Positions 1-9,619 of a DNA stretch of 45,077 nucleotides are shown piece after piece. The stretch is from Candidatus Poseidoniales archaeon (GTDB lineage: Archaea; Thermoplasmatota; Poseidoniia; Poseidoniales; Poseidoniaceae), in NCBI GenBank assembly GCA_009887255.1, contig QXXW01000016.1, positions 1-45,077 of the forward strand. Reading direction: 5' to 3'. The notes beneath the pieces are model-generated. The model had not been told where the DNA came from. It searched no databases and saw only the letters and a program-made list of their open reading frames with translations. A program made the position numbers and the translations under genes. How positions within the stretch are numbered: the stretch's first letter is position 1; every line of letters begins with the position of its first letter.

Positions 1-753
1 GGTATCGGAGCCCTTGTGGAACGTCGCTTCTCGGTTGATGTGACCAACACAGGCAACGGCCAAGACACGTTCAACGTGGAAATTGGTTCGGCTGTTCCAG
101 ACGACTGGTCCATCACTGGCGGTGGTGACTTGGCGCTTGCTAAGGGCGAAACACGAAGTTCACTCTTCACGGCCTTTGCTCCAGAATCGTTCACAGAAGG
201 CGAATTCCCACTGACCATCCGAGTCACAAGCGAAGATGGCAACAGCACAGACGAAGTGACCCTTGACGTTCAATCCGCTCGAATCACCCTTGAGGTCAAT
301 CAAGGAGCCATTGCCACGGCTTCCGATCAATACACCAAGGAAGAAGGCTCGGTACGGGTTCCCGTTCAGAACACTGGATTCCTCGACGCTCCAAGCGTGT
401 TTGTCTACCTTACGGACGAACGCACCGGAGACGAGATGCAGATGAACATTGAAGTCCCTGCGAACGGCAACGCAACCGCAGTGTTTGAAGGGATTGAGCA
501 AGAAATCCAGGGCAACGCTCGTTACACAGTTCGCATTGACGTGCAAGGTGTTGAAGCTGAATTCCTTGACGCCATCCTTGTTGACGGTGAAATGGACGAC
601 GACGGCACCTTTGATTTCTCGATTGAATACAACCCTCGCACAAGTTCTGACGGCGATTCACCATGGCTCACGCTGGTGATCGTTGTTCTCGGTGCTTTGG
701 TGATTTTCGGTGGTCTTCGAACCGCCCGTAGTCGAAGCAACAATCGGTTCTGA
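1..753 (+). CDS. 5'-truncated membrane-anchored surface protein with NEW3/CARDB-like (COG1470-type) Ig-fold repeats
   Basis: Frame is open from base 1. Repeated 'VxNxGN/F..D' beta-sandwich motifs (VTNTGNGQDTF, VQNTGFLDA), a C-terminal hydrophobic helix (WLTLVIVVLGALVIFGGL) and a short basic tail. Confidence 0.75.
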   Translation, partial: GIGALVERRFSVDVTNTGNGQDTFNVEIGSAVPDDWSITGGGDLALAKGETRSSLFTAFAPESFTEGEFPLTIRVTSEDGNSTDEVTLDVQSARITLEVNQGAIATASDQYTKEEGSVRVPVQNTGFLDAPSVFVYLTDERTGDEMQMNIEVPANGNATAVFEGIEQEIQGNARYTVRIDVQGVEAEFLDAILVDGEMDDDGTFDFSIEYNPRTSSDGDSPWLTLVIVVLGALVIFGGLRTARSRSNNRF

Positions 754-811
754 GCATCTTTTCCCTGAAATGGGAACAAGGGTTCTTCAGTCGGAAGGAT
801 GGTGTAGGCCT

Positions 812-2026
812 ATGAACGATCTTCAGGGAGTGAACTACCTCCCTGAACCAACCGACAGGAACATGGTTTCTGCGGTTGATGCAAGCGTTGTGGATCACGA
901 ATCCGGATGGCGCTCTGAAGTCATGGGTTGGGCTCCTCAAGAAGTCCGCCCGGTCGGTCACGCTCGTCGCTCAACGGTTACCGCAGGCACGCTGCTTCTC
1001 TCCGTGCTGATGGTGGCCTTGGGCCTCTTTGCTTGGCAGAATCAGTGGTACGTGATCGAACTGCCGCTGCCCGATTCAGAATGGGCGTTTGAGACGACCG
1101 ACATTCGCAGACTGCAGGACATGGGGCTTACGGGGGAAGGCGTCCGTCTTTGCATGGTGGACACCGGCATTGATGCCCAACACGAGGCCTTTTCTTCCGC
1201 TAGCATTGATTTCCAAGACCTCGTTGGTGGTTCGTTGGACCCGGTGGATTACGGAACGGTGGCTCATGGGACCCTGATGTCCGGCCTGATGTTGTCCACC
1301 ACCCATCAGATTGGAGTGGCCCCTAACGTCACGTTTGCAATGGTTGCCGCATTGAGCTCTGGCGAAGGCGATGAAAACAGTGGAAGCGACGATGATGTGG
1401 CCGATGCCATCCGTTGGTGCCAATTCGAGTTTCAAGCCGACATCATTTCCCTCTCACTGGGTGGGGAGTCGGCTGGCGTAGGAGAGCGTGAAGGTGCCAG
1501 TTCATCGGCCACAAGGCAAGCCACCGATGCAGGTGTCTATGTCATTGCCGCTGCCGGAAACGACGGAGGTCCGGACGACGATGGCGATGTGGCTTCTCCG
1601 GGAAGTGTTCGATTGGCCATTTCTGTAGGCGCAACCGATCGTGATGCAACGGTTTGGTCCAATTCATCCCAAGGAGACGCCATGGGTATGAACGGTAGCC
1701 CAAGAGATGCTCCCCATCAAAAACCAGAGGTCGTGGCTCCTGGCCAAGCCATTGTGAGCACGGGTGAGAGCAACCGGTGGTATTCATCGAGCGGAACCTC
1801 AGATTCAACGGTCTTTGTCGCCGGTTCTTTGGCCCTCATTCTGGAGTCATATCCTCATTTGAAGCCCCAACCATCCGGTAATTCATCGTGTCTTGAACAT
1901 GTTAAAGAGGCTTTGATGACGTCATCTCAGGGAGACAGCAACCAAGGTCATGATCCAAGAAACGGCTATGGATTGCTGAATGCGGTCGGATGGCACAATG
2001 CGCTTTCAAACATCGAACAGTGCTGA
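812..2026 (+). CDS. Subtilisin-like S8 serine peptidase with N-terminal membrane anchor
   Basis: Catalytic motifs VDTG (Asp), HGT (His), AAGN (oxyanion Asn), KPEVVAPG, SGTS (Ser) and C-terminal GYG. Hydrophobic segment LLLSVLMVALGLFAW. Start is uncertain (812 or 863; the track start at 710 overlaps the upstream gene). Confidence 0.9.
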   Translation: MNDLQGVNYLPEPTDRNMVSAVDASVVDHESGWRSEVMGWAPQEVRPVGHARRSTVTAGTLLLSVLMVALGLFAWQNQWYVIELPLPDSEWAFETTDIRRLQDMGLTGEGVRLCMVDTGIDAQHEAFSSASIDFQDLVGGSLDPVDYGTVAHGTLMSGLMLSTTHQIGVAPNVTFAMVAALSSGEGDENSGSDDDVADAIRWCQFEFQADIISLSLGGESAGVGEREGASSSATRQATDAGVYVIAAAGNDGGPDDDGDVASPGSVRLAISVGATDRDATVWSNSSQGDAMGMNGSPRDAPHQKPEVVAPGQAIVSTGESNRWYSSSGTSDSTVFVAGSLALILESYPHLKPQPSGNSSCLEHVKEALMTSSQGDSNQGHDPRNGYGLLNAVGWHNALSNIEQC

Positions 2027-2170
2027 ACTCCGACTCAGATGACGAGCCTTTCTTGGCCGCAGTTGGCCGAAGGCCTCCGAATCCAATCCGCCTAAACGAC
2101 TAAATTTCGCATTGTTTCGTTGATACTAAATGTGGCGAATGATATTCTTATCCAATCCACAAGGGCGCAG

Positions 2171-2180
2171 TATTATATTC
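2171..2180 (+). promoter_or_regulatory. Canonical TATA-box candidate (TATTATATTC) upstream of the beta-helix surface protein gene
   Basis: AT-rich TTATAT at 2173, 38 nt upstream of ATG 2211, within the AT-rich intergenic region. Confidence 0.45.
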
Positions 2181-2210
2181 TTGGTGAGTATGGAGAAAAC
2201 TGGTGCCTCA

Positions 2211-5200
2211 ATGCTGAATCGTCAGAAATCCAAATCCATCTCACTGGTTCTCCTGTACATGCTGTCCATTCTCTTGGGTCTCGCAGCATTGCCGACCGTT
2301 CAAGCCGTGAACGAAACAACACAAGGCACCGTAACCGGTGTCGAAACGTGGACGGGAACGATGAACCTCCAGGGTGACGTGGAAGTGGCTGAAGGTGCAA
2401 AACTCATCATCAATGCCGGAACCACCATCAACATCCCACCCGGGAAATACATTGATGTCCGTGGTGCCATTTGCATCGGAGACACCGCTTGCGGAGCAAG
2501 TGCTGGATCCGCTTCGAGTCAAGCCCGTTTCATCTGGTCAGATCCAACCGATACCACACGGTACGGGCGTTGCACCAACGATTCATTGGTCCAGGATCTT
2601 GACAACATTGACGCTGCGTGCGGATCAGGCATGGTTATTCGCAACACCATCGACCAAGCACAAACCTCAATCAAGTTTGCCCACTTTGAAGGAGCTTACG
2701 GTTACCCACTCTACATCCAAACAGACAGTGCTGGTTTCAAGTACGGTGTGTTGGTCTTTGATGGCTCCAGCACCACGGTTCAAGGTTTGACCTTCAACGA
2801 TGTCAACACCTCCAACGTGCTGCTCTACAACCTCGCATCGCCAACCATCAGCGATTCGTCGTTTGTGGTCGGCAACGATGCAAGTTTTGAATCGCCGGCC
2901 ATACAAGCCTACGGAGCAGGAGCCGGTATTTTCTCGTCGTTCCGAGTCTTGGATTCTGATTTCACAGGCAACGACGCCAGCTGCGATGACGGTGTGAACG
3001 TCATCGATGTTGTTGAATCCTACATCGACCTTTCGAGGTTGAACATTGACCAATCCTCTTTTGGTGTGATTCTCAAGAAAACATCAGGTTCCATCACCAA
3101 CTCCACGATCAACGTCGAATGCAGCGGCATCAACACCAACGGTTTCAAATCCACCGGATTAATTGAGCACACTCTCTATGTCAACGACAACGTCATCACG
3201 ACCACTGACCTTGCGGGTCTCACCGCTTACGACAATGCAAAAGTCGTTGCCCACAGAAACGAAATTTCGGGCGCAGCCTCCGGTTCGGGCGTAGGGATTC
3301 GGTCCTCTCAAGTTGAACTCGTGGACAACACGATTGGACCTGTTGAAGGGTACAACGGGCTGTGGATCTACGGCGCTTCCGATGTGACCGCCATTGGAAA
3401 CACGATTCAAGACACCGGTGCTGAACCTGTGTTGATGGGTGAATACCACATTGACGACCAAGGCTGGAGCGGCTTCGCACAATACTTGCTTCCGGCTCGT
3501 CTCTACCTTGACAACAACATCATCTCAAACGTCTCCGGAACCTGCACGGCCAACGTGTATGACGGTGAATTCGATTGTCCAGCGATCCACGTCTTCAGAA
3601 CTTCAGCCACCATCGTCAACAACACCATCAGCGGAAACACAGGGGACATCATCCGTGCTACTGGAGCCATCGTCAACGTCCAAGGCAACACGGGAGATTC
3701 ACTCGGCGGCTTTGCCGGCAACATCAGCGTGCACGACGACAACCAAAACACCCGTGTTGGTTCCATCGCTTACTTCTCCGGCAACACATGGACAGGTGTG
3801 TCCCAAGTGTACAACATCACCGAGTCCCGTGTGACGGTCCAATCGGAGCAAATCCCTTCCCCAGGCAACGGTGAACTCTATCCCGTCAATCTTCAGTGGC
3901 TCAGCAACGAATGCCCCTACGTGCAGAACGCGTGCATCAGCGTTCCACCCACCTCACTCATGCCCCCACGAGGGATGCCAATGGCACTCGAACTCGTGCA
4001 AAACGCCACGGTCTTCTCCTTTGCAGACCTCGCAAACTTCGATACCAGCATGATTCACGTACAGAATCAAAATTCAGCATGGGGTTCTCAAATTCAGGAA
4101 GGTGAACTCGTTCGCTATCAGGTGAAGGCGAAGAACTCCAACATGGCCGGCGCAACGGTTGTGATCCGTGATGCCACGGGTCTGCCACTGTACGAACTCG
4201 AGACCGACGCTTTTGGTTTCACACAACAAGTCTCGCTGCCATCTGACTTCATGCTGGACCACAACTGGAATCACGAAGTTGGTGAGCGATCTGTTGCAGT
4301 GCCAGGTTCCAATGACGGCACCGGTCAACCCATTGTGATGGACGAGGATTCCTGTGCAGACGGGATTGACAACGACGGAGACACGCTCGTTGACGGCGAC
4401 GATGCAGACTGCCTCAACGGCCGAGAACTCCCGTTCTACACCGTCGACGCCTACAAGTTCGGTAGCGGTAAAAAGAACCTCACGTTTGTTCTCTCCGGCG
4501 AAATTGATGAAGTCATCAACCTGGAAAACCTCAGGCCCAGTGTTTCTGTGGACCAAGCTGACGGTGCTTCCTTCGCCACCAACGTTGTCATCACCGGAGA
4601 TTCATACGACGGCATCAACTTGCCCACGACCATTGACTATGTGGAATACGAAAACCAATTTGGATTGATTCGTAGGGTCGAAGTTCAGCCACCCGGTTCA
4701 CAAGACTGGTATTCAGCAGTTGACACCTCTGGAGCCAACGGTATGCTGACAGCCACCAACCATCCGTTCAAGACTTGGTCGTTTACTTGGGATCTGTCGG
4801 CCCATCCTGAGGGAGAAGGCGATGTCACCTTCCGTATTCGCTCCTATGACGGTCTTGACTACTCTCCAGTTCAATCAAGGTTGTACAAACTCAACTTGGT
4901 CCCACCGACCTTGCTTGTTGATGTCCCAACCTCTGGAAGCACACACAGCACGGGAAGCATTCTGTTCCAAGGGACCGCCGCGGATCCCTATGTGGGCGTT
5001 TACCCGCAAGACATTAAGAACATCTGGTTCAAAATCACAGGGCCAGGTTACAACGCCACAGTACCTTCTCCAGGTTCAACAAGCTGGTCATTCAACTGGG
5101 ATGTCTCTTCCTTGCCAAGTGGTGAATACACTGTCGATGTATGGGCTGCAGACTCTGACTTCTGCATTGAATCGCCAGGCCCCGAGGGTGAACCTGGTTC

Positions 5201-6599
5201 ATGCACCATCGAACGACGGGTTCTGACCATTGACAATGAAAACACACCACCTATTCTTCAAGTTTCATGGGTCGGTGCCATGGACCAATCCAACGGTGGA
5301 ATAAATGGAGCCACCATCCGTGCTGCCGAAAACACCACGATTTCTGGTGTCGCACGCGATGTTGGAGGACAAGTGACTCGTGTGGAAATCGGCATCGTTG
5401 CCCTCGCCACCGGACTGGAACTGAACGACGGACCCTTGCCAGTGACTCAATTCAATCCGGACGGATCCTGGATGACGACATGGGACACTTCAGACCTGAT
5501 CGACCAGCAGGTCTACCAGCTCACCGTACGTGCTTACGACGGAAGGGATTACTCAGAGGCCACCGTATGGCGGTTGACCATCGAAAATCCATTGGATGCC
5601 GACAATGTGGGACCTATCTTTGACGATACTTCATGGCCGGGAACCATCACCATTTTCTGTGATTCTGAGTCAAACTCCTTCGACCGCTGCGGTCAAGGTG
5701 CTGTCATTGATCTCACCCAGTTCTTTTCGGATCCAGACGGATCAGGCGTCGTTGTTGATGACCTTGAGTTTTACGTATTTGACAGTGATAGTGCGGGCGA
5801 TGACAACTACGACCAATACATCCGTTTGACGGCGGATGGTGAAGCGATCTACAACCCAGTGGAAACCATTGCACAAACGACCAACAACATTCCGGATTGG
5901 AGCCTCGAAGGGGTGATGTTCTATGCCGTGGACACCCAAGAATCTCGCGACTACTCGTTGCAGGTGAACTTCCTGGTCCGTGCGGTGGCCTTCACCGTTG
6001 AACGAGTCGACAGTGGAGAAATCAAGTCCAATGACCCAGCTGAATTCCAAGGAACCGGCTTGCCGGGCAGCCAAGTCGTGATTCGCTTCGCAGACGGCAA
6101 CTCCAGACTCAACGACACGCGTGTCCTCTCCGACGGCACATGGTCCATGCAACTAACCAGTGGTCAATTGGGCGATGAAGGTCGTTCTGCGGTGATTTTC
6201 GAAATGGACGGTCAAATCTACCAGTTTGCAGGCCAAAACGAGCCCGGTGAATTCACCGTAGCCGTGGCTTCAGGCGACGGCGGAGGCTCAGGTGTTTTGA
6301 ACATCGTTTTGCTCGTGCTGGGCGTCCTCGTTCTTCTCGGGGCGGGAGCTTACTTCTTCATTGAGTTTGAAGACGTTGTCGACGAAGACGAGTTGACCGC
6401 TGATGACAGTCAGCCAGAGGAAGACCCCTACGCATGGGCCAAAGCCAAGCAAACACCTGAATTGCCTGCTGCATCACAAGTTGCTGCACCAGCCGCAGCT
6501 GCTGAACCTGCTGCACCTGCATCTCAACACCCAGGCTGGTTGTGGGACCAAGGTTCCAACCAGTGGGTGGCAGATCCTGACTACACTGGCGAACAGTGA
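2211..6599 (+). CDS. Large membrane-anchored surface protein: right-handed parallel beta-helix, Cys/Asp metal-binding motif, Ig-like repeats, C-terminal TM and cytoplasmic tail
   Basis: Signal peptide (MLNRQKSKS...PTVQA). 'GTVTGVETWTG...GDVEVAEGAKLIINAGTTI' beta-helix cap and many N-x-I ladder repeats. CADGIDNDGDTLVDGDDADC motif. Ig repeats ending 'R[SA]YDGxDYS'. TM segment IVLLVLGVLVLLGAGAYFF. Alternative start at 2190. Confidence 0.8.
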   Translation: MLNRQKSKSISLVLLYMLSILLGLAALPTVQAVNETTQGTVTGVETWTGTMNLQGDVEVAEGAKLIINAGTTINIPPGKYIDVRGAICIGDTACGASAGSASSQARFIWSDPTDTTRYGRCTNDSLVQDLDNIDAACGSGMVIRNTIDQAQTSIKFAHFEGAYGYPLYIQTDSAGFKYGVLVFDGSSTTVQGLTFNDVNTSNVLLYNLASPTISDSSFVVGNDASFESPAIQAYGAGAGIFSSFRVLDSDFTGNDASCDDGVNVIDVVESYIDLSRLNIDQSSFGVILKKTSGSITNSTINVECSGINTNGFKSTGLIEHTLYVNDNVITTTDLAGLTAYDNAKVVAHRNEISGAASGSGVGIRSSQVELVDNTIGPVEGYNGLWIYGASDVTAIGNTIQDTGAEPVLMGEYHIDDQGWSGFAQYLLPARLYLDNNIISNVSGTCTANVYDGEFDCPAIHVFRTSATIVNNTISGNTGDIIRATGAIVNVQGNTGDSLGGFAGNISVHDDNQNTRVGSIAYFSGNTWTGVSQVYNITESRVTVQSEQIPSPGNGELYPVNLQWLSNECPYVQNACISVPPTSLMPPRGMPMALELVQNATVFSFADLANFDTSMIHVQNQNSAWGSQIQEGELVRYQVKAKNSNMAGATVVIRDATGLPLYELETDAFGFTQQVSLPSDFMLDHNWNHEVGERSVAVPGSNDGTGQPIVMDEDSCADGIDNDGDTLVDGDDADCLNGRELPFYTVDAYKFGSGKKNLTFVLSGEIDEVINLENLRPSVSVDQADGASFATNVVITGDSYDGINLPTTIDYVEYENQFGLIRRVEVQPPGSQDWYSAVDTSGANGMLTATNHPFKTWSFTWDLSAHPEGEGDVTFRIRSYDGLDYSPVQSRLYKLNLVPPTLLVDVPTSGSTHSTGSILFQGTAADPYVGVYPQDIKNIWFKITGPGYNATVPSPGSTSWSFNWDVSSLPSGEYTVDVWAADSDFCIESPGPEGEPGSCTIERRVLTIDNENTPPILQVSWVGAMDQSNGGINGATIRAAENTTISGVARDVGGQVTRVEIGIVALATGLELNDGPLPVTQFNPDGSWMTTWDTSDLIDQQVYQLTVRAYDGRDYSEATVWRLTIENPLDADNVGPIFDDTSWPGTITIFCDSESNSFDRCGQGAVIDLTQFFSDPDGSGVVVDDLEFYVFDSDSAGDDNYDQYIRLTADGEAIYNPVETIAQTTNNIPDWSLEGVMFYAVDTQESRDYSLQVNFLVRAVAFTVERVDSGEIKSNDPAEFQGTGLPGSQVVIRFADGNSRLNDTRVLSDGTWSMQLTSGQLGDEGRSAVIFEMDGQIYQFAGQNEPGEFTVAVASGDGGGSGVLNIVLLVLGVLVLLGAGAYFFIEFEDVVDEDELTADDSQPEEDPYAWAKAKQTPELPAASQVAAPAAAAEPAAPASQHPGWLWDQGSNQWVADPDYTGEQ

Positions 6600-6618
6600 A
6601 GCTTGAGGTCGTGAATGC

Positions 6619-9141
6619 ATGGCAGTTCAGCCAAAACCTGGTGTACAGGAACGCATCCTGTTGCACTTGTTGGATTATTCGGATTACAAGGACAGCATCG
6701 AGGTCCCGTTTGCTCTTTCGCAAATGGGGATTGCCAACGCTGTCGCCATAGCCCGGTCAAACGTACCACGAGCAATTGCTGGACTGAAAGATCAGGGGTC
6801 CTTGATTGAACGTCAAGCGCACGTCAAAGGCGTCTCTCGAAAACGAAAAGCCTACTTCTTGACCGATGGAGGCGTTGCTTTGGCCAACGAAACATGGCAA
6901 CGGCTTCGCTCGTTTCCACTTCGATGCATGTTGGACGACCAACTGGCAGAGAACACCACGCTGGGAAGTGCCAAATCCGTCTTGCCTTTTGAAATGCGCC
7001 CGGTTGACATCATCAGGTACATGGACGAACAAGGTATGCTGGATGTCCGCAACCTCAGTGAAGAATTGATTCAGAGAGACCTCTCCAAACATGTCGAAAA
7101 GCAGTTGGTTACATCGCTGGCAGATTTGCCTCGCCTTCGTCACTTCTACGGCCGCACATCTGAATTGGACAACATGGTCAATCTCTTGGACGCCCGCGCC
7201 ACCACATTGCTCGTGCCTGGTATCGCTGGTATCGGCAAGACCACAATGGCTTCGAAACTGATTGAACAATTCGTACACAGGCGCAATCTTCTGTACCACC
7301 GCTGTCAAGACTGGGAAGGCTCCAGGTCGTTCTTTGAATCCGTTGCTGATTGGTTCTCCAGCATGGGCGACTCGGACTTCGCTACCTATCTTGCAGCAAC
7401 CCCTGTTCCCAATCCAGCCGACGCTGCTCGGCTGATGGTCGATGCACTCACCGGAACACCTGCATTGATGGTGGTGGATGATTTCCATAAGGTTGCAGAT
7501 TTGGTCCTCCATCAAACATTCCAAGCCATGGCCTTGGCGTTGCTTGGCAGCGAAGAGAGCATTGGGTTGGTGATCTTTTCACGCTCCTTCAAACCCGTGG
7601 TCCCTGCGAAGGATGCTGAAGGGCGTATTGCAAGCTTGGTTCTCCCTCTGGACGGTTTGGACCCCGATTCCGGGCGAAAATTGCTCTCAAGTTTCGGTGA
7701 ATTGGCTGACGAACAATGGCTTCACATTCATGGTTTGTCTCGAGGCCACCCCTTGGTGCTTGAACTTATCAACCGTGGTGCATCTGCCGGTGCCTACCAC
7801 GAAACGCTGGAAAATTATGTCACCGTTGAGATTTTCTCCAAACTCACTGCCGAACAGAAACGCGTGCTCTCTGCACTGGCTGTTTTCCGAGAGCCAGTGG
7901 GTCTTGAGGCGTTGGCTCGTCAGGAACTCGATACGGATGTGTTGGATACTCTTGTGGAGTCAGGTCTTGCGCGTAGAGCAGACTCGGATGCCTACGACGT
8001 TCACGACTTGATTCGTGAATTCCTTTTACGCAGCATGGCCCCATCCTTGAAAATAGAATTTCACCAACGTTGCTCTGAATGGTACAAACACCATTCCGAG
8101 AATCAAGACCTTCTCATCGAACACATCTATCACTGCATTCAATCAGAACAACATGAAGAAGCCTCGGAACTGGTTGTCAAGGACGGCAGAACACTCGTTG
8201 CCGTGGGTCATTTGGAATTGCTGGGCTTGATCGAACAAATCGACATGTCCGAACTGGCCCTCGACACGGTTCTGAACCTTTCTCAATTGAAGGGCGAAAT
8301 GATGGCTTTGCTGGGTCGATTTGACGATGCAGAGCACGTTCTTCAAGGTGCTTTTGATCAAACCGATGACACGTCCCTCATCCTCCGTGCCCAATTGCTT
8401 TCTTCGATGGCTGATGTGAGCAGAAAGCAAGGCAACAGCGACCTGGCCTTGACTCGACACAAGCAGGCCTTGAAGCATTACGTCGAATTGAACGACGCTC
8501 GTTGGGCGTCACGGACATACAACAACATCGGGTACCTCCTTCGCCGGAAGAAGGAACGAGGCAAAGCCCTCGAGGCGTATGCGGAAGTTGAGGCGATACT
8601 CAACTCAAACCAAGATTCTATGTTGTTGCCAAGTCAAATCACCTTGGCTCGGGCCCTGATCGATTTGGACGAACTTGACCGAGCGAAGGTCCACGCCTTG
8701 ACAGCCTACGAACAGACCCAAGATTCCGACGAGCCTGGGCTTCATGCAAGAGCCCAATCTGTTCTGGGGCGTTACTATGCCCGAATGAACCAAGCCGAAC
8801 TTGCCATGTTCCACTACACGGCTGCCCTTGAGAGCATGAACGAAGCCGGCGACCTGCAATCCCTGGTTGAAGTAACCATGTTGCTGGGCGGTGTTCTCCA
8901 AGACGCTGGGAAAACAGAAGAAGCCCTCGACCACTATCAACAGGCTTTGGTGGTTGCAGAAGCCAACGACATGCGAATGCAAATCGGTGAGCTTCTCACC
9001 AGAATTGGGGGCACGTCTTCGGTTCGACAAGAGCGTATGGAATACCTTCAACGCGCACTGTCCGTTTTCAGGGAATTGGGAGCTCGCTCAAGAATGAAGG
9101 AAGTCCAAACCATGGTTCATCGGGCCGTCATGGGGCGATGA
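6619..9141 (+). CDS. Winged-HTH / STAND-class P-loop NTPase / TPR protein (NLR-like or MalT-like architecture)
   Basis: N-terminal HTH-like segment (LSQMGIANAVAIARSNVPRAIAGLKDQG...AYFLT). FYGRTSEL, Walker A GIAGIGKTT, Walker B LMVVDDFH, sensor FSR, GxP motif GHPLVLEL, MHD-like VHDLIRE. C-terminal TPR-like helical repeats (e.g. SRTYNNIGYLL, EEALDHYQQAL). Confidence 0.88.
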   Translation: MAVQPKPGVQERILLHLLDYSDYKDSIEVPFALSQMGIANAVAIARSNVPRAIAGLKDQGSLIERQAHVKGVSRKRKAYFLTDGGVALANETWQRLRSFPLRCMLDDQLAENTTLGSAKSVLPFEMRPVDIIRYMDEQGMLDVRNLSEELIQRDLSKHVEKQLVTSLADLPRLRHFYGRTSELDNMVNLLDARATTLLVPGIAGIGKTTMASKLIEQFVHRRNLLYHRCQDWEGSRSFFESVADWFSSMGDSDFATYLAATPVPNPADAARLMVDALTGTPALMVVDDFHKVADLVLHQTFQAMALALLGSEESIGLVIFSRSFKPVVPAKDAEGRIASLVLPLDGLDPDSGRKLLSSFGELADEQWLHIHGLSRGHPLVLELINRGASAGAYHETLENYVTVEIFSKLTAEQKRVLSALAVFREPVGLEALARQELDTDVLDTLVESGLARRADSDAYDVHDLIREFLLRSMAPSLKIEFHQRCSEWYKHHSENQDLLIEHIYHCIQSEQHEEASELVVKDGRTLVAVGHLELLGLIEQIDMSELALDTVLNLSQLKGEMMALLGRFDDAEHVLQGAFDQTDDTSLILRAQLLSSMADVSRKQGNSDLALTRHKQALKHYVELNDARWASRTYNNIGYLLRRKKERGKALEAYAEVEAILNSNQDSMLLPSQITLARALIDLDELDRAKVHALTAYEQTQDSDEPGLHARAQSVLGRYYARMNQAELAMFHYTAALESMNEAGDLQSLVEVTMLLGGVLQDAGKTEEALDHYQQALVVAEANDMRMQIGELLTRIGGTSSVRQERMEYLQRALSVFRELGARSRMKEVQTMVHRAVMGR

Positions 9142-9142
9142 G

Positions 9143-9619
9143 TCATTCCACGGTCGTTGGTCTGTCCAGTCCAATGCTGGTGACACCGTCTTCGTAAATT
9201 ACCCAAATTCTGTCAACGCCTGCCAGCGGAATCAGTCCCTCATGAACGCCCCGCCCAGTTCCTGAAATAGGCACTTCCATGTCAAGAGGGCCTCCTTCGT
9301 CCATGAGAATCACTTGAGTGTCTGTTAATTCAACCCAAAACAAGGATTCGTCGGCTTCAGTAGGTCGCCACATCACTTCTTCTGCATAACTCACGTTGCC
9401 AAGACGGCTGGCCTCATCGGCTCGTTCAACCGCTGCTGCGATGTCGTCCATGTTGGCCTGAATCGCCTCCTGATTCCATCGGAGTCTGGTGTTGGTTTCG
9501 ATGTCCCACGCCCAAACGCTGAACATTGTCATCAGCATCACGCCCAAAAGGAAGGTGAAAATGTAACCAAGTTCGGTGGCAGCTGCTTGTACATCTCCGG
9601 TCATTCGTCGCCGCCTCAT
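9143..9619 (-). CDS. Small type IV pilin-like protein (class III signal peptide-like N-terminus)
   Basis: Charged N-terminus then QA/AATELGYIFTFLLGVMLMTMF hydrophobic helix. ATGA overlap with the upstream pilin-like gene. Confidence 0.65.
   Translation of the reverse strand: MRRRRMTGDVQAAATELGYIFTFLLGVMLMTMFSVWAWDIETNTRLRWNQEAIQANMDDIAAAVERADEASRLGNVSYAEEVMWRPTEADESLFWVELTDTQVILMDEGGPLDMEVPISGTGRGVHEGLIPLAGVDRIWVIYEDGVTSIGLDRPTTVE

Noticed and set aside
649..753. Possible PGF-CTERM/archaeosortase signal at the end of the first CDS
   Set aside because: TM and basic tail are present, but the motif is SPW rather than PGF or another recognised signature, and no archaeosortase is in the window.
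2027..2170. Possible small RNA (ATGACGA C-box-like word, TTGGCCG direct repeat) in the long intergenic gap
   Set aside because: No suitably placed CTGA D box or convincing terminal stem, so support is insufficient.
6460..6524. Short GCTGCACC/GCTGCT-type tandem repeats
   Set aside because: They simply encode the Ala/Pro linker of the surface protein tail and are not an independent repeat element.
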